Shown here one piece after another: positions 10,017-20,001 of a DNA stretch of 64,000 bases. The DNA is taken from positions 23,361 through 87,360 of the IMG/VR virus record IMGVR_UViG_3300005076_000001, one strand, 5' to 3'. Below the pieces are notes generated by a model. That model saw only the letters and a list, made by a program, of their open reading frames with translations, made no database searches and was not told the origin of the DNA. The position numbers were made by a program, and so were the translations under genes. Numbering within the stretch: the first letter of the stretch is position 1; each line of letters begins with the position of its first letter. The stretch comes from a virus. Its lineage: Duplodnaviria; Heunggongvirae; Uroviricota; Caudoviricetes.

Positions 10017-10654
10017 TGAATCTAGACTTAGTTAAAACGTACACACCAGAGAATGTTCAGCTAATTGTTGCAACATCAGATGGAACAAATACACTGTTCA
10101 CTGAATACATTACAGGTTGGAATAGTATCAAAGTGAAGCGAGACAATCAAGTGTTTCGCAAGATTAAAGGTATTCGTGGGACAGCTACACGTTCTCGTAC
10201 ATTTGATAGAAGCTTCTCCATTGAGGTGGGCATTGACCAAAACAGCAAAAGCAATCTTGTTCTAACATCTTTGTTGCGTCTTGATGGTAATGGTGTGCTT
10301 GAAGCTCCTTTGGCTATTCTTCTATCTGACGGTGTAACAGATAATACGTCTATCAGCGATTACGGCAACTTTCAAACACTGACAGGGCAAGAGTTTCCAG
10401 CTAAAGCAGGCACAACCGTTGCAAGCTACAAATGCTATTTGTCTGGCTTTCCTGAAGTGGAATATACAGACGAAGCTGTAGAACGTGTGTGGACATTTGA
10501 ATGTATTGATGCTTCTGAGTACATTGTGGGACGTGGTGCAAGCCTTCGTCAATCTTTGCTTGATGCTGCATCTCCTGTCCTTGATGGGTTGATTTCTCAA
10601 GCATCTAGTGTGGTGAGTAGCAGCTTACCATCTATCACCAAAATTTTCAATTAA
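10013..10654 (+). CDS. tail protein, unknown role
   Basis: 213 aa, ATGA overlap with previous gene. Confidence 0.4.
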   Translation: MMNLDLVKTYTPENVQLIVATSDGTNTLFTEYITGWNSIKVKRDNQVFRKIKGIRGTATRSRTFDRSFSIEVGIDQNSKSNLVLTSLLRLDGNGVLEAPLAILLSDGVTDNTSISDYGNFQTLTGQEFPAKAGTTVASYKCYLSGFPEVEYTDEAVERVWTFECIDASEYIVGRGASLRQSLLDAASPVLDGLISQASSVVSSSLPSITKIFN

Positions 10655-10675
10655 CAAATAAATAAGGAGAGCCTT

Positions 10676-11089
10676 ATGGCACTAACACAAAAAGAAGTAG
10701 AAATTAACGGCAGTAATTATCTGATTACATCGTTCGCTGGCATGAAAGGCTTCAACTACCTGAAACGTCTCACCAAACTTATTGGCCCTGCCCTGATGGC
10801 AGCTAATGGCGAAGGGGATGTTCTGGAAGGTAAGAGTCCAATGCAAGTGGCTGTAGAGGCTCTTGTAGATGCAACAGACAAAGTGGAAGTGGAACAACTC
10901 ATTCTTGATTTGCTGTCCAGTACATCTGTCAACGGCATTATGATCGATGCTAAGAAGTTTGACGATGTGTTTGCTGCCAACTACGGTGCTCTGTTCAAAA
11001 TTCTATTTGAAGTGTTGAAACACAATTACGGAAATTTTATGGAGGCCATTACTACCGTAGACATGCAACAAGTAATGGCAGGCAATTAA
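10676..11089 (+). CDS. tail assembly chaperone (gpG-like)
   Basis: 137 aa immediately upstream of tape measure; carries slippery site near 3' end. Confidence 0.55.
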   Translation: MALTQKEVEINGSNYLITSFAGMKGFNYLKRLTKLIGPALMAANGEGDVLEGKSPMQVAVEALVDATDKVEVEQLILDLLSSTSVNGIMIDAKKFDDVFAANYGALFKILFEVLKHNYGNFMEAITTVDMQQVMAGN

Positions 11090-11298
11090 GTAGAGTTGAA
11101 AAGGAGATACAAGACAAGCTCTCTGTTGATATGATTGTTTTTACCATATGTACAGCAGAACAGCCTCTTGCCCGTCTCTGGGAGTTAGAAACAATTTATT
11201 CTGTTGATGATGTTCTCATTCTTTACGAGATGATGCAAGCTAAATCTGCACTCATTGATGAGGCAAGGAAAGAACAAGAAAGACAGAACAACACGTGA
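10676..11298 (+). CDS. tail assembly chaperone GT-like fusion via programmed -1 frameshift at A_AAT_TTT (11032-11038)
   Basis: -1 frame open from 11011 to TGA 11296-11298, 87 codons beyond heptamer AAATTTT in X_XXY_YYZ register; no start codon in the extension; lies in 260 bp 'gap' before tape measure. Confidence 0.5.
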
Positions 11299-11305
11299 GA
11301 ATGTA

Positions 11306-11335
11306 GCCCTTGCCTTTGTGCAGGGGCTTTTCTTC
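11306..11335 (+). terminator. hairpin plus T-tract between chaperone and tape measure (partial terminator/attenuator)
   Basis: GCCCTTGC-ctttgt-GCAGGGGC followed by TTTTCTTC. Confidence 0.3.
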
Positions 11336-11351
11336 ATAACAAGGAAAATGT

Positions 11352-13508
11352 ATGGCTGAAAAAATTGCCGAGTATTTTGGGGCGTTAGGGTTTCAAGTTA
11401 ATGATAAAGGGCTAAAGGAATTTATCAAACAGCTTGACAATGTAGCCAAGAAAATGCAAGCTGTAACAAAGCTGGCTGTCGCAAGCAGTGGTGCAAGTGG
11501 TATGTCTCTCGGAATGCAGAAGCTAGCAACAGATGCAAAGAAAGCTGCTGACGGTGTAGAGAAGGCTACAACACGTATTACACGCAGTCGAGCGAAGCTT
11601 GGGTTGGTTGGTAAGAAGGCAACAGACATTCCGGCTACAGGAAGTTTGGCAAGCTTTCGTAGTAGAGTGTTGCTACTAAACCAACAAGCAAAGGAAGATG
11701 GTGCTGCAAAAGCTACGCTTGATCGTCTCACGAAGATGAAAGAGATGGCAGAGCAACGAGATGCGCTACGCCTACAACGTCGTCAAGAACGGATGGGAAG
11801 TGAAGATGAACGTCGCTATCAAAACCGCGTCTCTCGCACATATGCTCCCCGCACCTCACGTCTTGACCTCTACCAGAAAGACCTTGCACGTACACAGATG
11901 ATGTACAATGCAGCCCTTGCTGCTGGTGATGGTGGTGCTAAACGATATGCTGAAGCCATTAAGAAGCTACGAAGTGAAATCACATCCCTTAACAGGCAGA
12001 CAATGTTTGGTAAGATGGGTCTGAAAGGTGTTGGTGGATTTGGCTTAGGTGGTTTGGGTAGTGCTCTTGTTCCAATGTTAGGTATGGCTGCTGCTGGCGG
12101 TGCTGCTGGTTTGGGATATTCTGCTGTTGCCCTTAATCAGCAACTTGTAGAGAAGCAAAACATCAACGCACAGTTTGAAGGGTTGTATGGTGGTGCTTCG
12201 CAAGGTAAAGCTGGGTATGGCAGATTCAAGGATTATGCAAACCAGCGTGGTGTTCGTGCAGGCGATGTAGCACAAGATTATCTTGGCTTTATGTACTCTG
12301 CTAAAACCAACCTTGGTCTTGAGGGTGGTGAAAAGATTTTCCAGCAGTTTACAGATTTCGCTCGTGTACGTGGTACAAGTGGTGAACGCTACAAACGTGC
12401 ATTGGCTGCCCTCTCACAAATGGTGTCGAAAAACAGAATCTACTCTGAAGAATTGACACAACAGTTGTCTGAGCATTTGTTTGGTAGTAAAGAGATTTTT
12501 GCAGAAACCATCACGGGTAAAAAAGGCGGTGATGCCATGCAAGAATTGATGAAACAAATGAAATCGGACAAAGGTGTTACAACTTCTGATTGGTTGCCAA
12601 AAGTTACAGAGAAGATGCAGGAGCTTGCAAAAGAGTCCGGTGTTCTCGATAAGATGAGTAATAACCTAGATGCAACTCTGGCACGCCTTAATAACCGCTG
12701 GGGGGATTTCATCGGTAAGATAGAGGAAGTAGGTGTTGCAGATGCAATGGGGCGATTCATTGAAATGCTCACAGGCAAACTGGACATTCTTGAAGACTTC
12801 ATTGTAGAGAATAAAGATTCCATCATCAAACTGATGGATGCTTTCACAAGCTTTGTGGACTTCATTACCTCTAAAGAGTTTGTACTTATTGGTTTGACAG
12901 CAACCTTCACAGCCCTTGGTGCCGCAATTAAAACTAATGCTGTTTGGATGGGTATCCTCACTGGTCCAGCAACACTTGCAGGCTTTGGCAGTTTGATTAA
13001 GGCCATGTGGAGCTTGGCAGCCGCACAAGCTGTAGCGTTTGCTCCTTGGTTATGGCTTGGTACAATGATTGCTGTAACACTCCTCGTTCTTGAAGACTTC
13101 TATTATTGGGTGAATGGTAAACCTAGTTTGATGGGTGAGCTATTTGGCGATGCCGACGACATGTTCAAAGGTCTCGACCAGTTCTTTGATGACATGAAGA
13201 AGAAGTGGGATGAGGTTACGGCAGAAATGACCAAGATGTGGGAGAAATTTAAAACCACTGTAAGTAAGCCTTTTAACTGGCTCGGTAAGAAATGGGACGA
13301 TGTTTCTAAAGGTGCTGGTGAGATGATGAACGATATGGGTATTCGCACAAGCATTGTTGCAAATGCTCCCATGGTTACAGGGCAGCAGACCAAGCCTGCA
13401 CCGACATATCAACTTAATGGTGTAACTATTAATGCAAATGACCCAATGGCGTTAGGTAGAGCCTTACAGCAAGAAACTTCTAAATATTCTATTGGGGTTC
13501 CGCGATGA
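11352..13508 (+). CDS. tail tape measure protein
   Basis: 718 aa, coiled-coil N-terminus, Gly-rich and hydrophobic C-terminal segments, downstream of frameshifted chaperones. Confidence 0.75.
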   Translation: MAEKIAEYFGALGFQVNDKGLKEFIKQLDNVAKKMQAVTKLAVASSGASGMSLGMQKLATDAKKAADGVEKATTRITRSRAKLGLVGKKATDIPATGSLASFRSRVLLLNQQAKEDGAAKATLDRLTKMKEMAEQRDALRLQRRQERMGSEDERRYQNRVSRTYAPRTSRLDLYQKDLARTQMMYNAALAAGDGGAKRYAEAIKKLRSEITSLNRQTMFGKMGLKGVGGFGLGGLGSALVPMLGMAAAGGAAGLGYSAVALNQQLVEKQNINAQFEGLYGGASQGKAGYGRFKDYANQRGVRAGDVAQDYLGFMYSAKTNLGLEGGEKIFQQFTDFARVRGTSGERYKRALAALSQMVSKNRIYSEELTQQLSEHLFGSKEIFAETITGKKGGDAMQELMKQMKSDKGVTTSDWLPKVTEKMQELAKESGVLDKMSNNLDATLARLNNRWGDFIGKIEEVGVADAMGRFIEMLTGKLDILEDFIVENKDSIIKLMDAFTSFVDFITSKEFVLIGLTATFTALGAAIKTNAVWMGILTGPATLAGFGSLIKAMWSLAAAQAVAFAPWLWLGTMIAVTLLVLEDFYYWVNGKPSLMGELFGDADDMFKGLDQFFDDMKKKWDEVTAEMTKMWEKFKTTVSKPFNWLGKKWDDVSKGAGEMMNDMGIRTSIVANAPMVTGQQTKPAPTYQLNGVTINANDPMALGRALQQETSKYSIGVPR

Positions 13509-14224
13509 TTAGTATCCAAAGGCCAAACAAAGACCTTGTCCACCTATCTGTTATTACGTCTTATGGATTGAGTTATAGTAATTCTGTAACAGCACATCCT
13601 GTTGAGAACGGCAGTAAAATATCTGACCACGTTCAGTCCGAAAACCTGAAAGTAAGTTTGAATGGTGTGGTTGTAGATACAGACATTTTCTCTGGTACAA
13701 ATGTTGTCTCTGAACCTGCCATTCTTTCTCAGAACGATGCGTTTACTGTTGTTGCATCGACAGGTAGTAATGTAAAGCTTGGTGGCGATGTTGTCAAAAA
13801 GGCTTTACTTGACGCACGTAACAATAAAGAACTTTGTACCATCATTGATGGCGAGGTAGGTATTACAGGCCGTGCAACAGGTAAGGTGAAAAACGTGTAC
13901 AACAATTGCGTCATTACATCTCTGTCTTTTTCCGAAGGTGTAGATAGTGGCGATGGTGTTGAAGTGAGCTTAACGTTTGAGCAAATTAAACTTGTCACTC
14001 TGCGTGAAGTTGTTGTAAATGTCCCGCCTCAAAAGCAAACAGAGGGTAAAGGCACAACAGGCGGTAACAAGGGAAACACAAAGGACGGAAAAGCAACAAC
14101 CAACACACCCGCACAAAACACAAAACCAAATGAGAAAGGTAAAGCAGAAGGTAGTATTTTGCGAAAAGGTGTTGATAAAGCTCGCGGAACACTTACTGGT
14201 ATTTTAGAGAACGTATTCGGTTGA
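13505..14224 (+). CDS. tail/baseplate protein (Mu gp43-position), low-complexity Lys/Thr/Gly-rich C-terminus
   Basis: 239 aa, ATGA overlap with tape measure. Confidence 0.4.
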   Translation: MISIQRPNKDLVHLSVITSYGLSYSNSVTAHPVENGSKISDHVQSENLKVSLNGVVVDTDIFSGTNVVSEPAILSQNDAFTVVASTGSNVKLGGDVVKKALLDARNNKELCTIIDGEVGITGRATGKVKNVYNNCVITSLSFSEGVDSGDGVEVSLTFEQIKLVTLREVVVNVPPQKQTEGKGTTGGNKGNTKDGKATTNTPAQNTKPNEKGKAEGSILRKGVDKARGTLTGILENVFG

Positions 14225-14242
14225 TACAGTAAGGTGTACTTA

Positions 14243-14270
14243 TTGACTTTACCGATTTATATGGTATAAT
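14243..14270 (+). promoter_or_regulatory. sigma70 promoter TTGACT-N16-TGgTATAAT
   Basis: -35 14243-14248; extended -10 14262-14270. Confidence 0.55.
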
Positions 14271-14326
14271 GTAATAAACAAAGAGAAAGAGGGTTGTTCA
14301 TTCGGCCTTCTTTCTTAGGAGATTTT

Positions 14327-14695
14327 ATGAGTTATTCTTCTTTGCTCGAAGTAGATAGCAGCGAGTTATCTATTCTTGAGCTTCCGCTTTATAGTGATTT
14401 GTCTTATTCTTATTCAACAACATTAGAACAAAAGACATTCACACTCATCATCACATGGAGTACATTTAGCGAGAGTTGGAATTTCTCTCTGAATGATGAA
14501 GACGACGAACCTCTACTAACCAATCAAGCGTTAGTGTGTAGCTTCCCGATTGACCTTCCAATTGCCTCTGGGCTGGAAGGTTATTTGTTGTTAGAACCTA
14601 TTTCCTCCAATTCAAAAGGAAAATGGGATACATTGAAATGGGATTTGTCTTCTAATTATTCTCTCTATTTTGTAACAAAAACAAGCCTTCTGTAA
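14327..14695 (+). CDS. hypothetical Ser/Leu-rich protein in baseplate module
   Basis: ATG 14327 with AGGAGA RBS (track ORF starts 14294); lower GC than neighbours. Confidence 0.35.
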   Translation: MSYSSLLEVDSSELSILELPLYSDLSYSYSTTLEQKTFTLIITWSTFSESWNFSLNDEDDEPLLTNQALVCSFPIDLPIASGLEGYLLLEPISSNSKGKWDTLKWDLSSNYSLYFVTKTSLL

Positions 14696-14704
14696 GGAGA
14701 ATAT

Positions 14705-15733
14705 ATGGCTGAGAATACAACAGAAATTAAGCCACCAGAAGCTACAAGTATTGTCGGCTATGGAGATTATTCTCCTCTTGATAAGACACAATATCAGTTC
14801 ATACGTGTGTATGAGCTTATTATTGGTGATGGCAAAACAAAGAAAGGCTTTTCCATTGCTGATTTGGAAGTGAGCTTTTCCATCAAGAAGTCGGCAAATA
14901 ACAAAGACGCACAAAACACAGCAGATATTTCAATCACAAATTTGTCTGAAGAAACATTAGCTATTCTTGAGAAAGACTATCCTGTTGTCTCTTTGAAAGT
15001 TGGCTATTTGAAAACAGGATTGAAAGAATTGTTCTCCGGTGAAGTGTATGACATGGAGACAAAACGGAATGGCACAGGCAGAGTAACAACACTTAAATGT
15101 ACACCGTTTCAAAGTAAGCTCTCTTTCAATTATGTTTCCGATTTTGTTGCTGCTGGCAACACTGTCGGTAGTGCAATTGAAAAGCTCAGACAAAGTGTTG
15201 ATGGTTTGGCTAAAGGTATTTATCGCTCTGACAAGCTCAACCTAACACTTCCATTCGGTATGCCTATTGCCGGTAGTGCAATGCAAGAGTTGCAACGCAT
15301 TTGCAATGCTTATCTGCTTGAGTATCGTCTAGACAATGGTGCATTGTATATCAGTGACATTGACGGTACAAGCGATAGCAGCGTAAAGAAAGCTCCTGTG
15401 CTTTCTTATACAACAGGTTTGCTTGCTGGCCCTTACAAATCCACAGGACGCATTAAACGTGGCAAGCTTGACCCCCTACGTAAAGAAGGTCTGACAGTTA
15501 AGGCACTTCTAAATCCGACTGTACAAGCTGGTTGGGCTGTTGTGCTAGAAGGTACAGGTGATACAGACGGCACATATAAAGTAGAAGAAGTGACATTCAA
15601 TGGCTCATATCGCGGCTCTGATTGGACAATGGATATTCTTCTTATGACTACGAATGAGTTTGCCAAGATGCGTGCTGAAGATGCAAGGAAAGCTGATAAG
15701 AAGAACAAGAATAAGAAAGAGGAGACGAAATAA
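14705..15733 (+). CDS. baseplate hub protein (Mu gp44 / P2 gpD-like)
   Basis: 342 aa preceding gpV/W/J-like genes; gene order matches Mu/P2 baseplate cluster. Confidence 0.5.
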   Translation: MAENTTEIKPPEATSIVGYGDYSPLDKTQYQFIRVYELIIGDGKTKKGFSIADLEVSFSIKKSANNKDAQNTADISITNLSEETLAILEKDYPVVSLKVGYLKTGLKELFSGEVYDMETKRNGTGRVTTLKCTPFQSKLSFNYVSDFVAAGNTVGSAIEKLRQSVDGLAKGIYRSDKLNLTLPFGMPIAGSAMQELQRICNAYLLEYRLDNGALYISDIDGTSDSSVKKAPVLSYTTGLLAGPYKSTGRIKRGKLDPLRKEGLTVKALLNPTVQAGWAVVLEGTGDTDGTYKVEEVTFNGSYRGSDWTMDILLMTTNEFAKMRAEDARKADKKNKNKKEETK

Positions 15734-16395
15734 TGTCAGCATTTGATGATGCTTTCGAGTGGCTAATGTCCACGACATACACAGCAATGCCAGCTACAGT
15801 TGTTAAGTATGACTTTGACAATCAAATGGTAGATGTAAAGCCAGATATTGGTGTTGTAAAAGAGAATGGTGGTTTGATAGAACGTCCAACAATTGCCGGC
15901 ATTCCGATTTGCTTCCCTTGTTCTACAACATCTGCAATTACATTCCCTCTTCCTGTTGGTAGCAAAGTGCTGGTGGTTTGGAGTATGCGCGGAACAGACA
16001 ATTGGAAACAGAATGGTAGCTCTATTCCTCCAGACTATCGCATGAATGATATTCGCGATGGGTTTGCTATTCCTGCGCCATATCCAATGAATCAAGCCAA
16101 AACAAAATATGGACAATCTCCTGATGATTTGGTGTTGATTCATAACATTGGTGGAAGCCAAACAGAGCTTCATTTGAAAGCCTCTGGTGATATTGTAGCA
16201 AACACACCAACAAAGTTTCAAATCAATTGCAACCAGTTAGAAATTAATGCTGCTTCCACACAAATCAATTCCCCTGTGACAACGAACAGTAGTGTGACAG
16301 CTACAGGCGACGTTGTTGGTGCAGGAATTAGTTTGAGCACACACGTTCATGGTGGCGTTATTGTTGGTGGTAGCAATACAAGTGGGCCTCAATAA
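15733..16395 (+). CDS. baseplate spike protein (gpV / Mu gp45-like)
   Basis: 220 aa; N-terminal MSAFDD...ATVV KYDFDNQMVDVKPD OB-like region typical of gpV; ATGA overlaps. Confidence 0.6.
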   Translation: MSAFDDAFEWLMSTTYTAMPATVVKYDFDNQMVDVKPDIGVVKENGGLIERPTIAGIPICFPCSTTSAITFPLPVGSKVLVVWSMRGTDNWKQNGSSIPPDYRMNDIRDGFAIPAPYPMNQAKTKYGQSPDDLVLIHNIGGSQTELHLKASGDIVANTPTKFQINCNQLEINAASTQINSPVTTNSSVTATGDVVGAGISLSTHVHGGVIVGGSNTSGPQ

Positions 16396-16763
16396 TGGAT
16401 ATTCTCCTTAACGGTGATACAAAAGATGCTGTGTTTCTGAATGGGCAATGTCCTGTTACAGACGAGGCACGGCAATCTACAGCACAACGTCTAACAATTA
16501 AGCTGCGTACATTTGAAGGTGAATGGTTTTTAGACGAGGAATATGGCATTCCTTACATTGGAAAAATTATGGGGCGTGGACGTAAGAAAAGCTCCATCGA
16601 CACAATCTTCCAGCAAGCTATTTTGGAAGAGCCTTATGTTGCTTCCATTGCTTCATTCGCCTCTGATATTGACGCAGCAACACGGACATACTCTGCTGTG
16701 TTCACAACCATTACAAACATGGGTGAAACAACAGAACCAATAACAATTAACTTAGGACTCTAA
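16395..16763 (+). CDS. baseplate wedge protein (gpW / Mu gp46-like)
   Basis: 122 aa between V-like and J-like genes. Confidence 0.5.
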   Translation: MDILLNGDTKDAVFLNGQCPVTDEARQSTAQRLTIKLRTFEGEWFLDEEYGIPYIGKIMGRGRKKSSIDTIFQQAILEEPYVASIASFASDIDAATRTYSAVFTTITNMGETTEPITINLGL

Positions 16764-16764
16764 T

Positions 16765-18210
16765 ATGGCAGGACTTACTGATACAGGTTTTGAAGCATTA
16801 GGGCTTGCCGATGTATTGGAACAGAACAAAGCGTCTGCTGTGTCTTTGTTCCAAGATTTGGTGCCAGAAGGCGAGGTTGTTGATACAACAGATAGTAGTT
16901 TGTTAGGCAGGCTAATAGCTCTTGTCTCTCCTTACCAAGTGGATTTGTGGCAAGCCAACCTCTCTGTATTTCAATCATTCGACCCTGAACAAGCCTATGG
17001 TGTTGCTCTTGACAACATTGTTGCTCTTGCAGGACTTACACGCTTTGCAGCTAAGGCAACAACAGCACAATGCTTGTTTGAGATTGCTCCACTTGTTGTT
17101 CTATCTCCAGCATATCAAGTTAGCAGCTCGAGCACAGGGTACAAGTTTCAACTAACAGAAACTATCACGTATTCGCTAGATGGTGCTTCCTCTCTCACTG
17201 TCACTGTACCAACTGTTGCTAACAGCACCACCTACTCTGTTGCTTACAAAAGTAGTAACACATCTGATACACCAACTGTTCGCAGCTTTACATCTGATGG
17301 CTCTGCAACACAGGACGAAGTGTTAAATGGTATTGTAGCTGCTTTTGCTTCAGATGTAGCTTTTACGGCTACACGTAATGGCACGTCTGTTGTCATTAAG
17401 AGCAACGACCCTCTGCTACGTCGTGATTTCACGCTAACAAACGTAGCTGCGTCTTTTGCTGTACGTGTTGCCACAGTGGAGTGTACACAGAAAGGCGTTA
17501 TCGAGCAAGCTGTAAATACAATTGACACAATCGACACACCTGTCATTGGCTGGAATGGTGTCTCCAATCCTGTGCAAGCTGTTGTTGGTAATGATTTGGA
17601 GACAGATGAAGAGCTGCGTTTGCGCTTCAAACAAAACAAAGCGCGTACATCTACCGGCACTGTAACAGCGCTCTATTCTGCCTTGACGGCATTGGACAGT
17701 GTGAAAGAAGTGAAGGTTGTGGAGAATTTTACCAGCACGACAGATGCTAATGGTTTGCCGCTGAAATCATTCATGTGTGTTGTTGATGGGGGCAACAGCT
17801 CTGATATTGCTAATGCTATCTGGCAAAAGAAACCAGCAGGTATTCAACCCTATGGTAACACAACAGTGAATGTAATTGATAGCCAAGGGTTTGGTCATGA
17901 CATTTCATTTCAACGTGTTGCCGATAAGAATGTTTATGTTGCTGTCAATATTACTACGTACACTGGTGCTCCCCCTACAGCTGTGGAAGATGTGAAGGCA
18001 GCTATTGTTGCCTATCTTGAGGGCTTGAAAATTGGCGACGATGTTGTTTATTCTCGCCTCTATACACCAATCAACTCTGTTGCAGGTGTTCAAGTGAACA
18101 ATTTGTTTATTGGGACAAGTGCAAGTCCGACAGGCACAAGTAATATTGTTGTAGGTTTGACAGAGAAAGCAAACACACAAACATCCTTCATCACTGTAAC
18201 AACTTCGTAA
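16765..18210 (+). CDS. baseplate J-like protein (Mu gp47-like)
   Basis: 481 aa; size, position and sequence character of Baseplate_J family. Confidence 0.65.
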   Translation: MAGLTDTGFEALGLADVLEQNKASAVSLFQDLVPEGEVVDTTDSSLLGRLIALVSPYQVDLWQANLSVFQSFDPEQAYGVALDNIVALAGLTRFAAKATTAQCLFEIAPLVVLSPAYQVSSSSTGYKFQLTETITYSLDGASSLTVTVPTVANSTTYSVAYKSSNTSDTPTVRSFTSDGSATQDEVLNGIVAAFASDVAFTATRNGTSVVIKSNDPLLRRDFTLTNVAASFAVRVATVECTQKGVIEQAVNTIDTIDTPVIGWNGVSNPVQAVVGNDLETDEELRLRFKQNKARTSTGTVTALYSALTALDSVKEVKVVENFTSTTDANGLPLKSFMCVVDGGNSSDIANAIWQKKPAGIQPYGNTTVNVIDSQGFGHDISFQRVADKNVYVAVNITTYTGAPPTAVEDVKAAIVAYLEGLKIGDDVVYSRLYTPINSVAGVQVNNLFIGTSASPTGTSNIVVGLTEKANTQTSFITVTTS

Positions 18211-18219
18211 GGAGAGAAT

Positions 18220-18936
18220 ATGGCGCTCAATCCTTTTAATGAAGTTGATTATTATGTAGAGGCACAAACAAGGTATACAGACGCCTTCAAAGATAAGCCG
18301 ATCTTTGATAAATATCTTCGCTTGATGTTAAATGGATTTCTACCTATTCAGGAAGCAACAAAACAACTTATGCAATTGCGTAGCTTGGATGTTGCCACAG
18401 GAAAGAACCTAGACATTATCGGAGATATTGTAGGTCAAGAACGTATTCTTGTCGATACAGGTTTGTATATCTATTTTGGCATGAATGAGGATGCCACAGC
18501 AGGTGAGCTTGGTACTGCGTCAGACAGCAGCAAAGGTTATCCTTTGTTCTCCATAACAAACGAGTCAACATCTGATTATCGTTATATTGACGATGCAACT
18601 TACCGTCTATTTATCCGAAGTAAGATATTGAAGAACATATCTGGAATTAGTCCAGAGGAGATTATTGAGTTCTTCAACTTCTTGTTCCAAACAGAACAAA
18701 CTCTTCTTGTAGAGGAGTATCCCGCAAAATGTACAATAAGGATTGGCAAAATCTTGTCTTTCCAAGAAGAGCAATTCTTGGCTTATTCTGTATTGAATGG
18801 TGGGTACACAGATAGATTGTTCCCGAAACCAGCCGGAGTGCAGTTTGACTTTGAACAGGCATTGTCTCCATTCTTGTTATTTGATGGCACTGTTGCATAC
18901 AACGGCTCACAAACATACGATGCAGTGAAAGATTAA
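18220..18936 (+). CDS. tail protein (Mu gp48 / P2 gpI-like)
   Basis: 238 aa directly after J-like gene. Confidence 0.45.
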   Translation: MALNPFNEVDYYVEAQTRYTDAFKDKPIFDKYLRLMLNGFLPIQEATKQLMQLRSLDVATGKNLDIIGDIVGQERILVDTGLYIYFGMNEDATAGELGTASDSSKGYPLFSITNESTSDYRYIDDATYRLFIRSKILKNISGISPEEIIEFFNFLFQTEQTLLVEEYPAKCTIRIGKILSFQEEQFLAYSVLNGGYTDRLFPKPAGVQFDFEQALSPFLLFDGTVAYNGSQTYDAVKD

Positions 18937-18945
18937 AGGAATAAT

Positions 18946-19560
18946 ATGGCAGAAATTAACAAACCTTCTCTCGGTGTAGCTTGGGCAGAGAGTGGTAGTA
19001 AAGTGGAACCAAGTGATACAAAGAAGAACACAGGTTGGGTGGTCGAGAAGCCTCCTTATGAAGTGTGGAACTTTATTGAACATCGTCAAGATAAGATGCT
19101 TCAACATATTAACCAACACGGTATTGTTGTGTGGGACACCACAACAGAGTATATTGCTAATAAAAGTTTTGTGCAAGGTTCGGACGGTGTTCTTTACAAG
19201 TGTAAGGTTACAAACGTCAATCAAAATCCTGTTTTAGACACTTCCTTTAGTTATTGGGAGAAGCTCCTTGGTAGGTATGTAGCAGGTACAAATGGTTTCA
19301 ATATCAACGCGAACGGGATTATTGAGCAGTGGGGAAGAGGTTCTTACTCTGGAAATTCAGACGGAACAATAGATGTTTTTTTTAACATCCCATTCCCAAA
19401 TGACTGTTTTAACGTTGTATTGTCTCCCGGAGCGTTTATCGCAGATTCAACATTTGGGGCTGATACCATAGATAACATAAAGTTTAAACTCGGTTATCAC
19501 AAAGCTTCTGGAGGGTCTGTAGTGAATATTGGATACTATTGGCGCGCGATTGGGCATTAG
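18946..19560 (+). CDS. short tail fibre protein
   Basis: 204 aa after baseplate genes; Asn/Gly-rich beta-rich C-terminus. Confidence 0.45.
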   Translation: MAEINKPSLGVAWAESGSKVEPSDTKKNTGWVVEKPPYEVWNFIEHRQDKMLQHINQHGIVVWDTTTEYIANKSFVQGSDGVLYKCKVTNVNQNPVLDTSFSYWEKLLGRYVAGTNGFNINANGIIEQWGRGSYSGNSDGTIDVFFNIPFPNDCFNVVLSPGAFIADSTFGADTIDNIKFKLGYHKASGGSVVNIGYYWRAIGH

Positions 19561-19998
19561 ATGGAGACACTGTTATCGTTCATATTTTCAGCCGAGGGCT
19601 TTGACGGCGTAACTAAAATAGGTGGTGTCTCTGTCCTTCTTCTGTTCATCATCATTTACCTTGTTGTAATGATGAAAGAGAAACTATTTGAAACAGGCGT
19701 AAGACAGAATGTTGTTGAGATGCTACTTAAACAAATAGAAGATGTGAAGAAGGATTTTGAGAACGAACGGGATAAACTAGAAGAAGCATATAAGGAACGT
19801 AATGAAGCTATTTCAGAAGTGAAGAAATGGCAAAGCCTTGCACAACGTCTTGAACGAGATGTTGATGAAATGCGAGAAGAGATAAAGCAAAGCTCTATGT
19901 TCATTCGTTCACTTCTAAATAATATTCATAAATTTACACAAGAGCATCCAGATAAAGCACAATATTTAGATGTTCCTGATTTCCCAGATAAGGACTAA
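19561..19998 (+). CDS. membrane-anchored coiled-coil protein (unknown; inserted in fibre module)
   Basis: N-terminal TM segment VSVLLLFIIIYLVVMM then charged coiled coil; low GC. Confidence 0.4.
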   Translation: METLLSFIFSAEGFDGVTKIGGVSVLLLFIIIYLVVMMKEKLFETGVRQNVVEMLLKQIEDVKKDFENERDKLEEAYKERNEAISEVKKWQSLAQRLERDVDEMREEIKQSSMFIRSLLNNIHKFTQEHPDKAQYLDVPDFPDKD

Positions 19999-20001
19999 TA
20001 A

